This document shows, piece by piece, positions 29,977 through 38,718 of a DNA stretch of 64,000 nucleotides (positions within the stretch are counted from its first letter, which is position 1; each line of letters opens with the position of its first letter). The notes beneath the pieces are model-generated. The model worked only from the letters and a program-made list of their open reading frames with translations. It was not told the DNA's origin and ran no database searches. Where the stretch lies: positions 1,152,001-1,216,000 of the forward strand of contig CAVSGO010000007.1 in the NCBI GenBank assembly GCA_963727525.1. Reading direction: 5' to 3'. This DNA comes from an uncultured bacterium (GTDB taxonomy: Bacteria; Krumholzibacteriota; Krumholzibacteriia; LZORAL124-64-63). The position numbers and the translations under genes were made by a program.

Positions 29977-30677
29977 CGCGTCGCGGCGAGCACCGCGAGG
30001 CCGCGCAGCGTCCAGAGCGGATCGTGATACCAGCCTGGTCGGGTGACGAACCCGGCCAGGCCGCCCGTCAGGACGACCGCCAGCCCGGGATAGCGCGTCA
30101 GCAGGGCTTCGATCGTGCCGGTGACGCCGTGCACACCCACGTGGAAGGCGCCCACCGCGAGGGCCTCCTCCGTATCGCGCCCCGCCCGCAGGTCGCACGG
30201 CGCGAAAGGGACCGGCCACAGCCGTGCGGCGCGCTCCTGCAGAGCCCGCGCGGCGAAGGCCATGCCCGGCGCGATGAGGCCGCCGAGGAATACCCCGTCC
30301 CGCACCACGTCGAGGGTCGTCGCCGTGCCCGCGTCGACGACGAGCGCATCGCGCCGACCGCCGACCACCGCGGCGGCCGCGTTGCACCAGCGATCGGCGC
30401 CCACGGTGTCCGGATGCCGTAGCTCGTGGGCGAAGGGGAACCGCCATGTGTGGTCGACAACCTGCGCTGCAGGTACGGCGGCCTGGACCGCGACGGCCAC
30501 CGCCGGGACCACGGACGCCACCGCCACCGCAACGTCGGGCCCAGCCAGCGCCGCGACCGCCGCCGCCGCGGCGGGGGTCGTGTCGCCGCGCCAGACCACG
30601 TCGGGATCCGCCGCGCTATCGCCGGCACGCGCGACCACGACCTGGGAATTGCCGATGTTGACCAGAAGCAGGTTCAC
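29973..30677 (-). CDS. coaX: type III pantothenate kinase
   Basis: NIGNS, ASVVP, VGADRW, VVDAGTATTLD, GGLIAPG and LTGG motifs. Confidence 0.92.
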   Translation of the reverse strand: MNLLLVNIGNSQVVVARAGDSAADPDVVWRGDTTPAAAAAVAALAGPDVAVAVASVVPAVAVAVQAAVPAAQVVDHTWRFPFAHELRHPDTVGADRWCNAAAAVVGGRRDALVVDAGTATTLDVVRDGVFLGGLIAPGMAFAARALQERAARLWPVPFAPCDLRAGRDTEEALAVGAFHVGVHGVTGTIEALLTRYPGLAVVLTGGLAGFVTRPGWYHDPLWTLRGLAVLAATR

Positions 30678-31540
30678 AGCCGCAACTCCAGTTCCAGGGA
30701 CAGGTCCAGCGCAGGCGCGGAGTGCGTGAGCCGGCCCACCGAGACGGCGTCGATCCCGGCCTCGGCCTGGTCGCGTATCGTCTCCAGCGTGACGTTGCCC
30801 GACACCTCCAGCCGCGTGGCGACACCGGCGGCGTCGCGTTGCGCGACCGCTTCACGCGCGCTCGTCGCGGACAGGTTGTCCAGCAGGATCCATTCAACAT
30901 TCAGAGGCAACACCCGAGCACACTGGTCGACCGAGTCGACCTCCACCTCGATGCCGAGCTGCGGATAATCCCGTCGCGCGCGCGCGACGAGATCCTCCAC
31001 CGCGTCGCCGCCCGCCGCCCAGTGGTTGTCCTTGAGCATGATCCGGTCGTACAGTCCCAGGCGGTGGTTGTGACCACCGCCGCAGCGCACCGCGTACTTC
31101 GCGAGGTGGCGGTAACCGGGTGTGGTCTTGCGCGTATCGAGCACCTGGCAGCGCGTGTCCGCCACCGCGTCCACGTAGGTCGCCGTGAGCGTGGCGATGC
31201 CCGAGAGCTGCTGCAGGAAGTTGAGCGCCGTACGCTCCCCCGTCAGTAGTGCGGCCGCCGGACCGGCCACGCGCGCCACCACGTCGCCCGGCACGATGCG
31301 CGCGCCGTCGGCCACGGCGGACGTCACCGTCACGGACGCATCGAGCGCTCCAAAGACCAGGCCCACGAGCGGCAGGCCGGCCACCACGCCGGCGCGCCGC
31401 GCCACGATCCGCCCCCGCCCCCGCGCGGCGGCCGGCACCGTGACAGCGGTGGAGACATCACCCGTGCCGACGTCCTCCGCCAGAGCGCGCGCCACGAGGG
31501 TCGCGGTCCAGTCGTCGTGGGGAAACGCGTGGTCGTTCAT
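30674..31540 (-). CDS. nadC: quinolinate phosphoribosyltransferase
   Basis: ALAEDVGTGD, ERTALNFLQQLSGIAT, DTRKTTPG, HRLGLYD..MLKDNH, LLDN, SVGRLTHS. ATG overlaps the uvrB stop. Confidence 0.96.
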   Translation of the reverse strand: MNDHAFPHDDWTATLVARALAEDVGTGDVSTAVTVPAAARGRGRIVARRAGVVAGLPLVGLVFGALDASVTVTSAVADGARIVPGDVVARVAGPAAALLTGERTALNFLQQLSGIATLTATYVDAVADTRCQVLDTRKTTPGYRHLAKYAVRCGGGHNHRLGLYDRIMLKDNHWAAGGDAVEDLVARARRDYPQLGIEVEVDSVDQCARVLPLNVEWILLDNLSATSAREAVAQRDAAGVATRLEVSGNVTLETIRDQAEAGIDAVSVGRLTHSAPALDLSLELELRL

Positions 31541-33561
31541 GCCTTGCCCTTCCGGCCACCGCCACTGGTGAGGCCCCACTGGGCCTTGAGGTCGTCGATC
31601 CGGTCGCGGATGGCGGCGGCTTTCTCGAACTCGAGGTCGGCCGCGGCGCGGACCATCTCCGTCTCGAGCATCGTGATCATGTCGCGTGGCGTGAGATCGT
31701 CGCGTAGTACCATCTCCCACGGACGCGCTGACTCCTCGCGCGGCGCGGACATCTCGCCGGCGGCGAGCGTCTGCTGGAGGATCTCCTCGCGCGTCTTGGT
31801 GATCGTGCGCGGCGTGATGCCGTGCTCCTCGTTGTAGGCGAGTTGCTTGGTACGGCGCCGCTCCGTCTCGTCGATCGCGTGCCGCATGGAATTCGTGATG
31901 GTGTCAGCGTACATCACGACCACGCCGTTCACGTTGCGGGCCGCGCGGCCGGCCGTCTGGATCAGCGAGCGGGCGCTGCGCAGGAAGCCCTCGCGGTCGG
32001 CGTCGAGGATGGCCACGAGCGAGACCTCGGGCAGATCGAGGCCTTCGCGCAACAGGTTCACGCCCACGAGGACCTCGCTCTCGCCCAGGCGGAGGTTGCG
32101 CAGGATCTCGATGCGATCGAGGGCCGAGATATCCGAGTGCAGGTAACTCACCTTGAGCCCCGCCGCCTGGAGGTACTCCGTGAGGTCTTCCGACATCTTC
32201 TTGGTGAGGGTAGTCACCAGCACGCGCTCGCTGCGGGCGGTGACGGTGCGGCAGCGATCGATGAGATCGTCCACCTGCGTCGCCACCGGTGACAGGATGA
32301 TCGGCGGATCCACGAGACCGGTGGGCCGGATCACCTGCTCCACGATCACCCCCTCGCTCTTGCGTAGCTCGTAGTCGCCGGGCGTGGCCGACACGAAGAC
32401 CGTGGTGGGCATCAGATCCTCGAATTCCTCGAAGAGCAGCGGTCGGTTGTCCAGGGCGCTCGGCAGGCGGAAGCCATGTTCCACGAGGGAGAGCTTGCGC
32501 GAGCGGTCGCCGTTGTACATGGCGCCGATCTGCGGCACCGTGGCGTGCGACTCGTCGATGATCAGCAGAAACTCGCGCGGGAAGTAGTCGATCAGGCAGG
32601 CCGGGCGCTCGCCCGGCTGGCGGTTGTCGAAGTAGCGCGAGTAGTTCTCCACCCCTGGGCAATGGCCGATCTGCAGGATCATCTCCATGTCGTAGCGCGT
32701 GCGCGAGGCCAGACGTTGCGCTTCGAGCACCTTGCCGGCGGCGTCCAGCTCGTCTAGGCGGCGCTCGAGATCGCGGCCGATCGCATCCACCACGGCCTGG
32801 CTCTGCGAGCGGTCGATGATGAACTGGCTCGCCGGAAAGATGGCCGCGCGATCGACCGTCTCGAGGGTGCGGCCGGTGAGCGGTTCGATCCAGGCCAGAC
32901 GTTCGATCTCGTCGTCGAAGAACTCGATGCGCAGCGTGCGCTCCTCGTGAGCGGCACGCACCTCCACCACGTCGCCACGCACACGGAAGGTGCCGTAGGT
33001 GGGATTGACGTCGTTGCGCTGGTAGGTCGCGTCGATGAGTTGCGCAAGCAGGTCATCGCGGTCGCAACGTTCCCCACGGGCCACCGCGATGATACCCTCC
33101 TTGAACGTACGCGGATTGCCGAGGCCGTAGATCGCGGACACGCTGCACACGGCGATCACGTCGCGGCGCGCCAGCAGGCTGCTCGTGGTACGCAGGCGCA
33201 GGCGCTCGATCTCGTCGTTGATGCTGGCGTCCTTCTCGATGTACGTGTTGGTGGACGGGATGAACGCTTCCGGCTGGTAATAATCGTAATAACTGATGAA
33301 GAACTCGACCGCGTTGTGCGGAAAGAATGCCTTCAGCTCTCCATAGAGCTGCGCGGCGAGCGTCTTGTTGTGGCTGAATACGAGCGTGGGCCGCTCGTAC
33401 TGCGCGATGACGTTGGCGATGGTGAACGTCTTGCCCGAGCCGGTGACGCCGAGCAGCGTCTGGAAGCGCGAGCCGCACCGGGCCTCGGACACGAGCGTGG
33501 CGATGGCGTCCGGCTGGTCGCCGGTGGGCTTGAACGGCGCATGCAGTTCGAAGAGGCTCAC
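31537..33561 (-). CDS. uvrB: excinuclease ABC subunit B
   Basis: LGVTGSGKTFT, HNKTLAAQLY, SYYDYYQPEA, DESH, NLLREGLDLPEV and C-terminal UVR domain. Confidence 0.99.
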   Translation of the reverse strand: MSLFELHAPFKPTGDQPDAIATLVSEARCGSRFQTLLGVTGSGKTFTIANVIAQYERPTLVFSHNKTLAAQLYGELKAFFPHNAVEFFISYYDYYQPEAFIPSTNTYIEKDASINDEIERLRLRTTSSLLARRDVIAVCSVSAIYGLGNPRTFKEGIIAVARGERCDRDDLLAQLIDATYQRNDVNPTYGTFRVRGDVVEVRAAHEERTLRIEFFDDEIERLAWIEPLTGRTLETVDRAAIFPASQFIIDRSQSQAVVDAIGRDLERRLDELDAAGKVLEAQRLASRTRYDMEMILQIGHCPGVENYSRYFDNRQPGERPACLIDYFPREFLLIIDESHATVPQIGAMYNGDRSRKLSLVEHGFRLPSALDNRPLLFEEFEDLMPTTVFVSATPGDYELRKSEGVIVEQVIRPTGLVDPPIILSPVATQVDDLIDRCRTVTARSERVLVTTLTKKMSEDLTEYLQAAGLKVSYLHSDISALDRIEILRNLRLGESEVLVGVNLLREGLDLPEVSLVAILDADREGFLRSARSLIQTAGRAARNVNGVVVMYADTITNSMRHAIDETERRRTKQLAYNEEHGITPRTITKTREEILQQTLAAGEMSAPREESARPWEMVLRDDLTPRDMITMLETEMVRAAADLEFEKAAAIRDRIDDLKAQWGLTSGGGRKGKA

Positions 33562-33565
33562 GGGG

Positions 33566-34462
33566 TCATGGTCCGCCGGCGCCGAGGGCGTCGCGGTCGA
33601 GGCTTACCGGACGTCCCGCACGCCAGCCGTCGGTGTCGATGAGCTGGCCGTTCAGTGTCACCTCCACGCCCGCGAGGTCGTCGAGCGTGATCGTGAGATG
33701 ATCCGCAGCGCCCCAGTACGCCACCGTGCCGTTGGCGGTAAGGTACACGCGGCCCGCCGCCGGTCCCGTCACCGGCAGGGGCGGCGGTGGGTCGGCCCAG
33801 ATCAGCGGGCGCGACTCCTGGCCGTCGGCGCGCACCGCGCAGTTCTGCGTATGCGGGAAGGTTACGCGCAGAATGAGCGGCCAGCGCTTGCCATCCTGAA
33901 GACCCATGCCCGCGCGGCCCGCCATGGCGTGCGGAAGGACCCGCACGCTGTCGGGCGGCGCTGCGACGCTGTCCGGCACGGTCGCTGTCGTCTCCGCCGG
34001 CGTGACGGTCTCGACCATCGGGAGCGCCGGCTCCGCCGGCGGCGCGGGTTTGTGCGTCACGAGGCGCCACACGCCGAGCACCACCACGCCCACCACCGCG
34101 AGAACGATCCCGACGCGCCAGAGCAAGGGACCGTATTGCACACCGACGCGACGCACCTCGACGGATTCCTCGGTCCATACGTCGGCCATCTCCGCGACCG
34201 GCGCCACATGCGGTCCAGCAGCCTGGTCATAGACGTCGACCACCTGCTCGGGATCGAGGCCCACGCTCGCCGCGTAGTGGCGCAGGAAGCTCTTGACGTA
34301 CAACGGCCCCGAGAGCTTCTGATACTCGTCGCGCTCGAGGGCCTCCAGCATGCGCAACGGGATCTTCGTGCGCTCGTGCACCTGCTCCAGGCTGAGTGCC
34401 CGGGCTTGCCGGGCCTCGCGCAGCATCTCGCCCGGGGTGCGTGGGGGCATGGCCTCAGACAT
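33566..34462 (-). CDS. rodZ: RodZ-like protein (N-terminal HTH plus single TM)
   Basis: GEMLREARQARALSLEQV...LEALE...YVKSFLRHYA..VGLD followed by a TM helix. Confidence 0.75.
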   Translation of the reverse strand: MSEAMPPRTPGEMLREARQARALSLEQVHERTKIPLRMLEALERDEYQKLSGPLYVKSFLRHYAASVGLDPEQVVDVYDQAAGPHVAPVAEMADVWTEESVEVRRVGVQYGPLLWRVGIVLAVVGVVVLGVWRLVTHKPAPPAEPALPMVETVTPAETTATVPDSVAAPPDSVRVLPHAMAGRAGMGLQDGKRWPLILRVTFPHTQNCAVRADGQESRPLIWADPPPPLPVTGPAAGRVYLTANGTVAYWGAADHLTITLDDLAGVEVTLNGQLIDTDGWRAGRPVSLDRDALGAGGP

Positions 34463-34471
34463 GGATGCTCC

Positions 34472-37243
34472 TCATCCGGATGTCGCCAATCCGTCCAGGC
34501 GCGCCCTCAGTCTGACGGCGGTGGCCTCGTTCTCGGCCAGGAGTTGCCGCTGCTGCTCCACCACATCGGCGGGCGCGTTGGCGACGAACTTCTCGTTGGC
34601 CAGCTTGGCGTGGCAGCCACGGATCCAGCCGTCGACCTTCGCCAGCTCCCTGGCCAGTCTTTCGCGTTCCTTCGCAAGGTCCACGAGGCCGGCCATCGGC
34701 AGAAAGACCTCGATCTCGCCCACCACGCCGACACCGGCGGGCTTCGGGTCTGGTCCGCCGTGCACCACGTAAACGCGCTCCAGCTTCGTGAGCAGGGCCA
34801 CGCGCTCGGCCACCGCTTCGCGCAGTGGCTCCACTTCGGCGGCCGTCGGCACGCGCAGCACGGCCGTGCCGCGCTTGCCCGGAGCCACGCCCAGCTCGCT
34901 GCGCAGGTTGCGCAACACGCCGGTGATCTCCATGACCCGGGCGAAATCGGCCTGGGCGGCCGCGAAGGGCGCCATCGTCGTGCACACGGGGTAGGGCGAG
35001 GTCATCACGTAGCCATGAGCCGGCGGCAACCAGCTCCACAGCTCCTCCGTGATGAAGGGCATCACCGGGTGCAGCAGCTTGTAGCTGATGGCGAGATCGA
35101 GGACCGCCACCAGCAGCACGGGACGTGCGCGCTCGGGATCGCGCAGGCGAGGCTTGATGGCTTCGAGATACCAGTCGCACAGCTCGTGCCGGAAGAAGTT
35201 GAAGGCCGCGTAGGCGCCGTCGTTGAGGCGCCGCTTCGCGTAGCAGTCGTTGCAGTCGGCCGCGGTCTGGCAGAGTCGCCCGAGGATCCAGCGGTCCTCC
35301 AGCTCGAGGTCGGCGTCCGCCACGGATATCGGCAACTCACCGCCGAAGGTGTCACGCCACACCGCCGCCAGGGTCGCTGCCGGCGCTTGCTCCCAGTCGC
35401 GACCGGCGCCCAGCTCGAGATGCCCCGCCGTGGGCGCCGACGCGGGATCGGCGGCTGGCAGACCCGCCGCATCCCAGGCGCCGAGCACCAGCTTGGTGGC
35501 CTGGAAGATCTTGTTGCAGAAGTTGCGCCCCACCTCCAGCGACGACTCGCTGAAGAAGATGTCTGCGCCCGTGGGCGTGAGCATGACGAGGGAACAGCGC
35601 AACGCGTCGGCGCCATAGTTGTCGATGAGGTCGATGGGGTCCGGGCTGTTGCCCAGCGACTTGCTCATCTTGCGCCCCTGCTCATCGCGCACGATGCCGT
35701 GGAATAGCACCTCGCCGAAGGGCGGTTCGCCGAGGAACTCGTAGCTCGCCATGATCATGCGCGCGACCCAGAAGAAGATGATGTCGGCCGCCGTCACCAG
35801 CAGTGACGTGGGATGGAAACGCGCGAGATCGTCGGTCTGCTGCGGCCACCCGAGCGGCGAGAACGTCCACAGCCAGCTCGAGAACCAGGTGTCCAGCACG
35901 TCGGGGTCCTGCTCCAGCGCCTGGCCACCGCAGGCCGGGCATCGCGTGGGTGGCTCCATGGCGGCGATCTCCTCGCCGCAGTCGCAGTACCACACGGGGA
36001 TGCGATGCCCCCACCAGAGCTGGCGCGAGATGCACCAGTCACGGATGTTGCGCATCCAGTTGTGGTACACCCCTACCCAGCGCTCCGGCTGCAACACGAC
36101 GGTGCCGTCCTCCACCGCCTTCACCGCGGGACCGGCGAGCTTCTCCATGCGCAGGAACCACTGGCGCGACAGATACGGTTCGATGACGGTGCCGCAGCGA
36201 TCGTGATGCCCCACCTGGTGCACGTGCGGCGCGACCTTGTCGAGCAGTCCCTGCTCCTCGAGGGCGGCCACCGTCGCCTTGCGGCAGGCGTAGCGATCGA
36301 GCCCGGCAAAGCGGCCGGCGGCGTCGTTCATGACACCGTGCTCGTCCATGCACACGACCTGCGGCAGTTCGTGCCGCTTGCCCACGAGAAAGTCGTTCGG
36401 ATCGTGGGCCGGCGTGATCTTCACCGTGCCGGTGCCCTTCTCCGGGTCGGCATGCGGGTCGCCGATGATCGGGATCTCCCGATCGGTGAGCGGCAGGCGC
36501 ACGCGCTTGCCGATGAGCGCGTTGCGCTGCGGATCGGTAGGGTTCACGGCCACGGCCGTGTCGCCGAACATGGTCTCCGGCCGTGTGGTCGCCACGGTGA
36601 TGTGCCCGTCACCGTCGGCCAGAGGGTACCGGATGTGCCACATGTGGCCGTTCACCTCGCGGTATTCCACCTCGTCATCGCTGATCGCGGTGAGGCAGTG
36701 GGGGCACCAGTTGACGAGGTAGACGTCGCGGTAGATCAGCCCCTTGGCCTTGAGATCGACGAAGGCGCGGGTGACGGCCCGATTGCGCGCCGCGTCCATC
36801 GTGAATGCCTCGCGCGGCCAGTCGAGGGAGCAGCCCAGGCGCCGCAGCTGCTGGGTGATGCGCCCGTGCGTCTTCTCCTTCCAGATCCAGGCCCGCTCCA
36901 GGAAGGCCTCACGGCCAGCGGCGCGCTTGTCGAGGCCTTCCTCGCGCATCAGGCGGGAGACGACCTGTTCGGTCGCGATGCTCGCGTGGTCGGTCCCGGG
37001 TACCCACAAGGTCTCGCGGCCGAGCATGCGGTTCCAGCGGATCAGCGTGTCCTGGATCGAGTTGCCGAGGCAGTGCCCCATGTGCAGGATACCGGTCACG
37101 TTGGGCGGCGGAAGGGTAATGACGAAGCGCTGGCCATCGGCGGCCGGGAGCGGCGCGAAGAGCCCCTCGCCCTCCCAGCGGGCATACCAAGCCTTCTCGA
37201 TACCCTGGGGCGCGTACTGGGCCTTCTGCCGGATGTCGGTCAC
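34472..37243 (-). CDS. valS: valine--tRNA ligase
   Basis: PPPNVTGILHMGH, DWCISRQLWWGHRIP, KMSKSLGN and C-terminal coiled coil. GTG 37243 with a purine-rich RBS. Confidence 0.98.
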   Translation of the reverse strand: MTDIRQKAQYAPQGIEKAWYARWEGEGLFAPLPAADGQRFVITLPPPNVTGILHMGHCLGNSIQDTLIRWNRMLGRETLWVPGTDHASIATEQVVSRLMREEGLDKRAAGREAFLERAWIWKEKTHGRITQQLRRLGCSLDWPREAFTMDAARNRAVTRAFVDLKAKGLIYRDVYLVNWCPHCLTAISDDEVEYREVNGHMWHIRYPLADGDGHITVATTRPETMFGDTAVAVNPTDPQRNALIGKRVRLPLTDREIPIIGDPHADPEKGTGTVKITPAHDPNDFLVGKRHELPQVVCMDEHGVMNDAAGRFAGLDRYACRKATVAALEEQGLLDKVAPHVHQVGHHDRCGTVIEPYLSRQWFLRMEKLAGPAVKAVEDGTVVLQPERWVGVYHNWMRNIRDWCISRQLWWGHRIPVWYCDCGEEIAAMEPPTRCPACGGQALEQDPDVLDTWFSSWLWTFSPLGWPQQTDDLARFHPTSLLVTAADIIFFWVARMIMASYEFLGEPPFGEVLFHGIVRDEQGRKMSKSLGNSPDPIDLIDNYGADALRCSLVMLTPTGADIFFSESSLEVGRNFCNKIFQATKLVLGAWDAAGLPAADPASAPTAGHLELGAGRDWEQAPAATLAAVWRDTFGGELPISVADADLELEDRWILGRLCQTAADCNDCYAKRRLNDGAYAAFNFFRHELCDWYLEAIKPRLRDPERARPVLLVAVLDLAISYKLLHPVMPFITEELWSWLPPAHGYVMTSPYPVCTTMAPFAAAQADFARVMEITGVLRNLRSELGVAPGKRGTAVLRVPTAAEVEPLREAVAERVALLTKLERVYVVHGGPDPKPAGVGVVGEIEVFLPMAGLVDLAKERERLARELAKVDGWIRGCHAKLANEKFVANAPADVVEQQRQLLAENEATAVRLRARLDGLATSG

Positions 37244-37302
37244 GTTGATCTCCCTCACGAAGTCATCGAACGCCGGAGTTGCCAACCGCTTGGCTGGGCA
37301 GC

Positions 37303-37331
37303 AATGTAACACCGGTTGCGCGGAAGCTCAA
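37303..37331 (-). promoter_or_regulatory. putative sigma70-type promoter of the valS operon
   Basis: TTGAGC-N17-TACATT with a TG extension. Confidence 0.55.
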
Positions 37332-37483
37332 CACGAGCCCCGAAGCCGCTAGCTGTAAATTTCTGTGGCCTTTACCGCCACTTTGGTCGATCCTGAATGG
37401 GATCGGTCTACCCCGTCGCGACCGGGCGTTGGGCCGTTGTGTGCGCGGGGGGCGTTCCGTTGCGGAGGGATGAAGTGGATTCG

Positions 37484-38656
37484 ATGTCTTTCGAGATAAC
37501 TCACTGGGATCGCCTCTGTTGGGCCCGCCTTGGCTTTCTGGTCCTCGGCGGTGTTCTGCTTGCCGCTGGACCCGCGATCGCCAGCACCATCGCCGTTCCG
37601 GGCGGAGCCCCGACGATCGGCGCCGCGCTGGCGCAAGCCAGTTCCGGCGACATCATCCTCGTCGCCTGCGGCACCTACTACGAGCACGACCTGCGCGTCC
37701 CCTCCGGCGTGTCGCTGTGGAGCGGCACCTTGCAGTCCGCCTGTGCCACGATCGACGCCGGCGGCCGTGGCCGCGTGCTCGTGTGCGAGGCGGCCGATTC
37801 CACCACGGCCGTCGTCGGATTCACGCTCACCGGAGGCCGCGCGGAGGGACCGGGCGGCGCCGTGATATGCCGCAACGCCGCGGTGAAGCTCGCCAACTGC
37901 ACCTTGAGTGCCAACACGGCGACCGAGGGCGGCGCCCTCGCCGTGGTGGGCGCGGTGGGACCGACCGTGGAGAGCTGTCTTTTCGAGAACAACCAGGCCA
38001 GCAACGATGGCGGTGCCGTGTCCTGGCGCGCCGCTGGGCGTGGTGGCTTGCGCAATTGTGAACTGCGGGGCAACGCGGCCCTGCGCGGCGGTGCCATATT
38101 CGGCGACGGGTGCGGTGGGTTGCGGCTCGTGAACGTCACCTGCGTCGGCAACGAGGCCGGCAACGCGGGCGGCGCCGCGTATATCAGCAATGCGGCCGGG
38201 AGCCTCGAGGACTGCGTCCTCGCCGGCAACTGGGGCGGCATCGGCGGTGGCGCCCTGGTCCTGGCAGCGTCGTCCACCCGCGTCGTCGGGTGCACGCTGG
38301 GCGGCAACGAAGCCGAGCCCGACGGCGGGGTCCTGCTCAGCCTGAAAGCCGCGGCCACGCTGGATCACTGCCTCGTGGCCTACAACTCGACGGCCTCCAT
38401 CGCGGGCCAGGGTCCGCCTTGGCCGAGCCTCCTGGGTTGCGATCTCTTCGGCAACCGGGGCGGCGACTGGGCCGGCCCACTCGCCAGCATGCAGAACCAG
38501 GCGGGCAACTTTTCTCTCGATCCCCGCTTCTGCGGACAGAGCGAGGGCGACTACAGCCTCCAGGAATCGTCGCCGTGTCTGCCCGGTCGCGCGCCGCATC
38601 ATGCGGATCGGCCCGTCGGCGCACGGTCCGTGGGCTGCGCCGACGGCGGGCGGTGA
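37484..38656 (+). CDS. secreted right-handed beta-helix protein (paralog-like to 14955, no C-terminal FlgD domain)
   Basis: Signal peptide; VPGGAPTI..GDIILVACGTY; N-x-A-x-x-GGA repeats; NFSLDPRFC. Confidence 0.8.
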   Translation: MSFEITHWDRLCWARLGFLVLGGVLLAAGPAIASTIAVPGGAPTIGAALAQASSGDIILVACGTYYEHDLRVPSGVSLWSGTLQSACATIDAGGRGRVLVCEAADSTTAVVGFTLTGGRAEGPGGAVICRNAAVKLANCTLSANTATEGGALAVVGAVGPTVESCLFENNQASNDGGAVSWRAAGRGGLRNCELRGNAALRGGAIFGDGCGGLRLVNVTCVGNEAGNAGGAAYISNAAGSLEDCVLAGNWGGIGGGALVLAASSTRVVGCTLGGNEAEPDGGVLLSLKAAATLDHCLVAYNSTASIAGQGPPWPSLLGCDLFGNRGGDWAGPLASMQNQAGNFSLDPRFCGQSEGDYSLQESSPCLPGRAPHHADRPVGARSVGCADGGR

Positions 38657-38718
38657 CCCACCGACCCGGCCAACCGGGGAGGGACGTCGTGCATCAGGAG
38701 TCGGTCCTTGCGCGGGCC

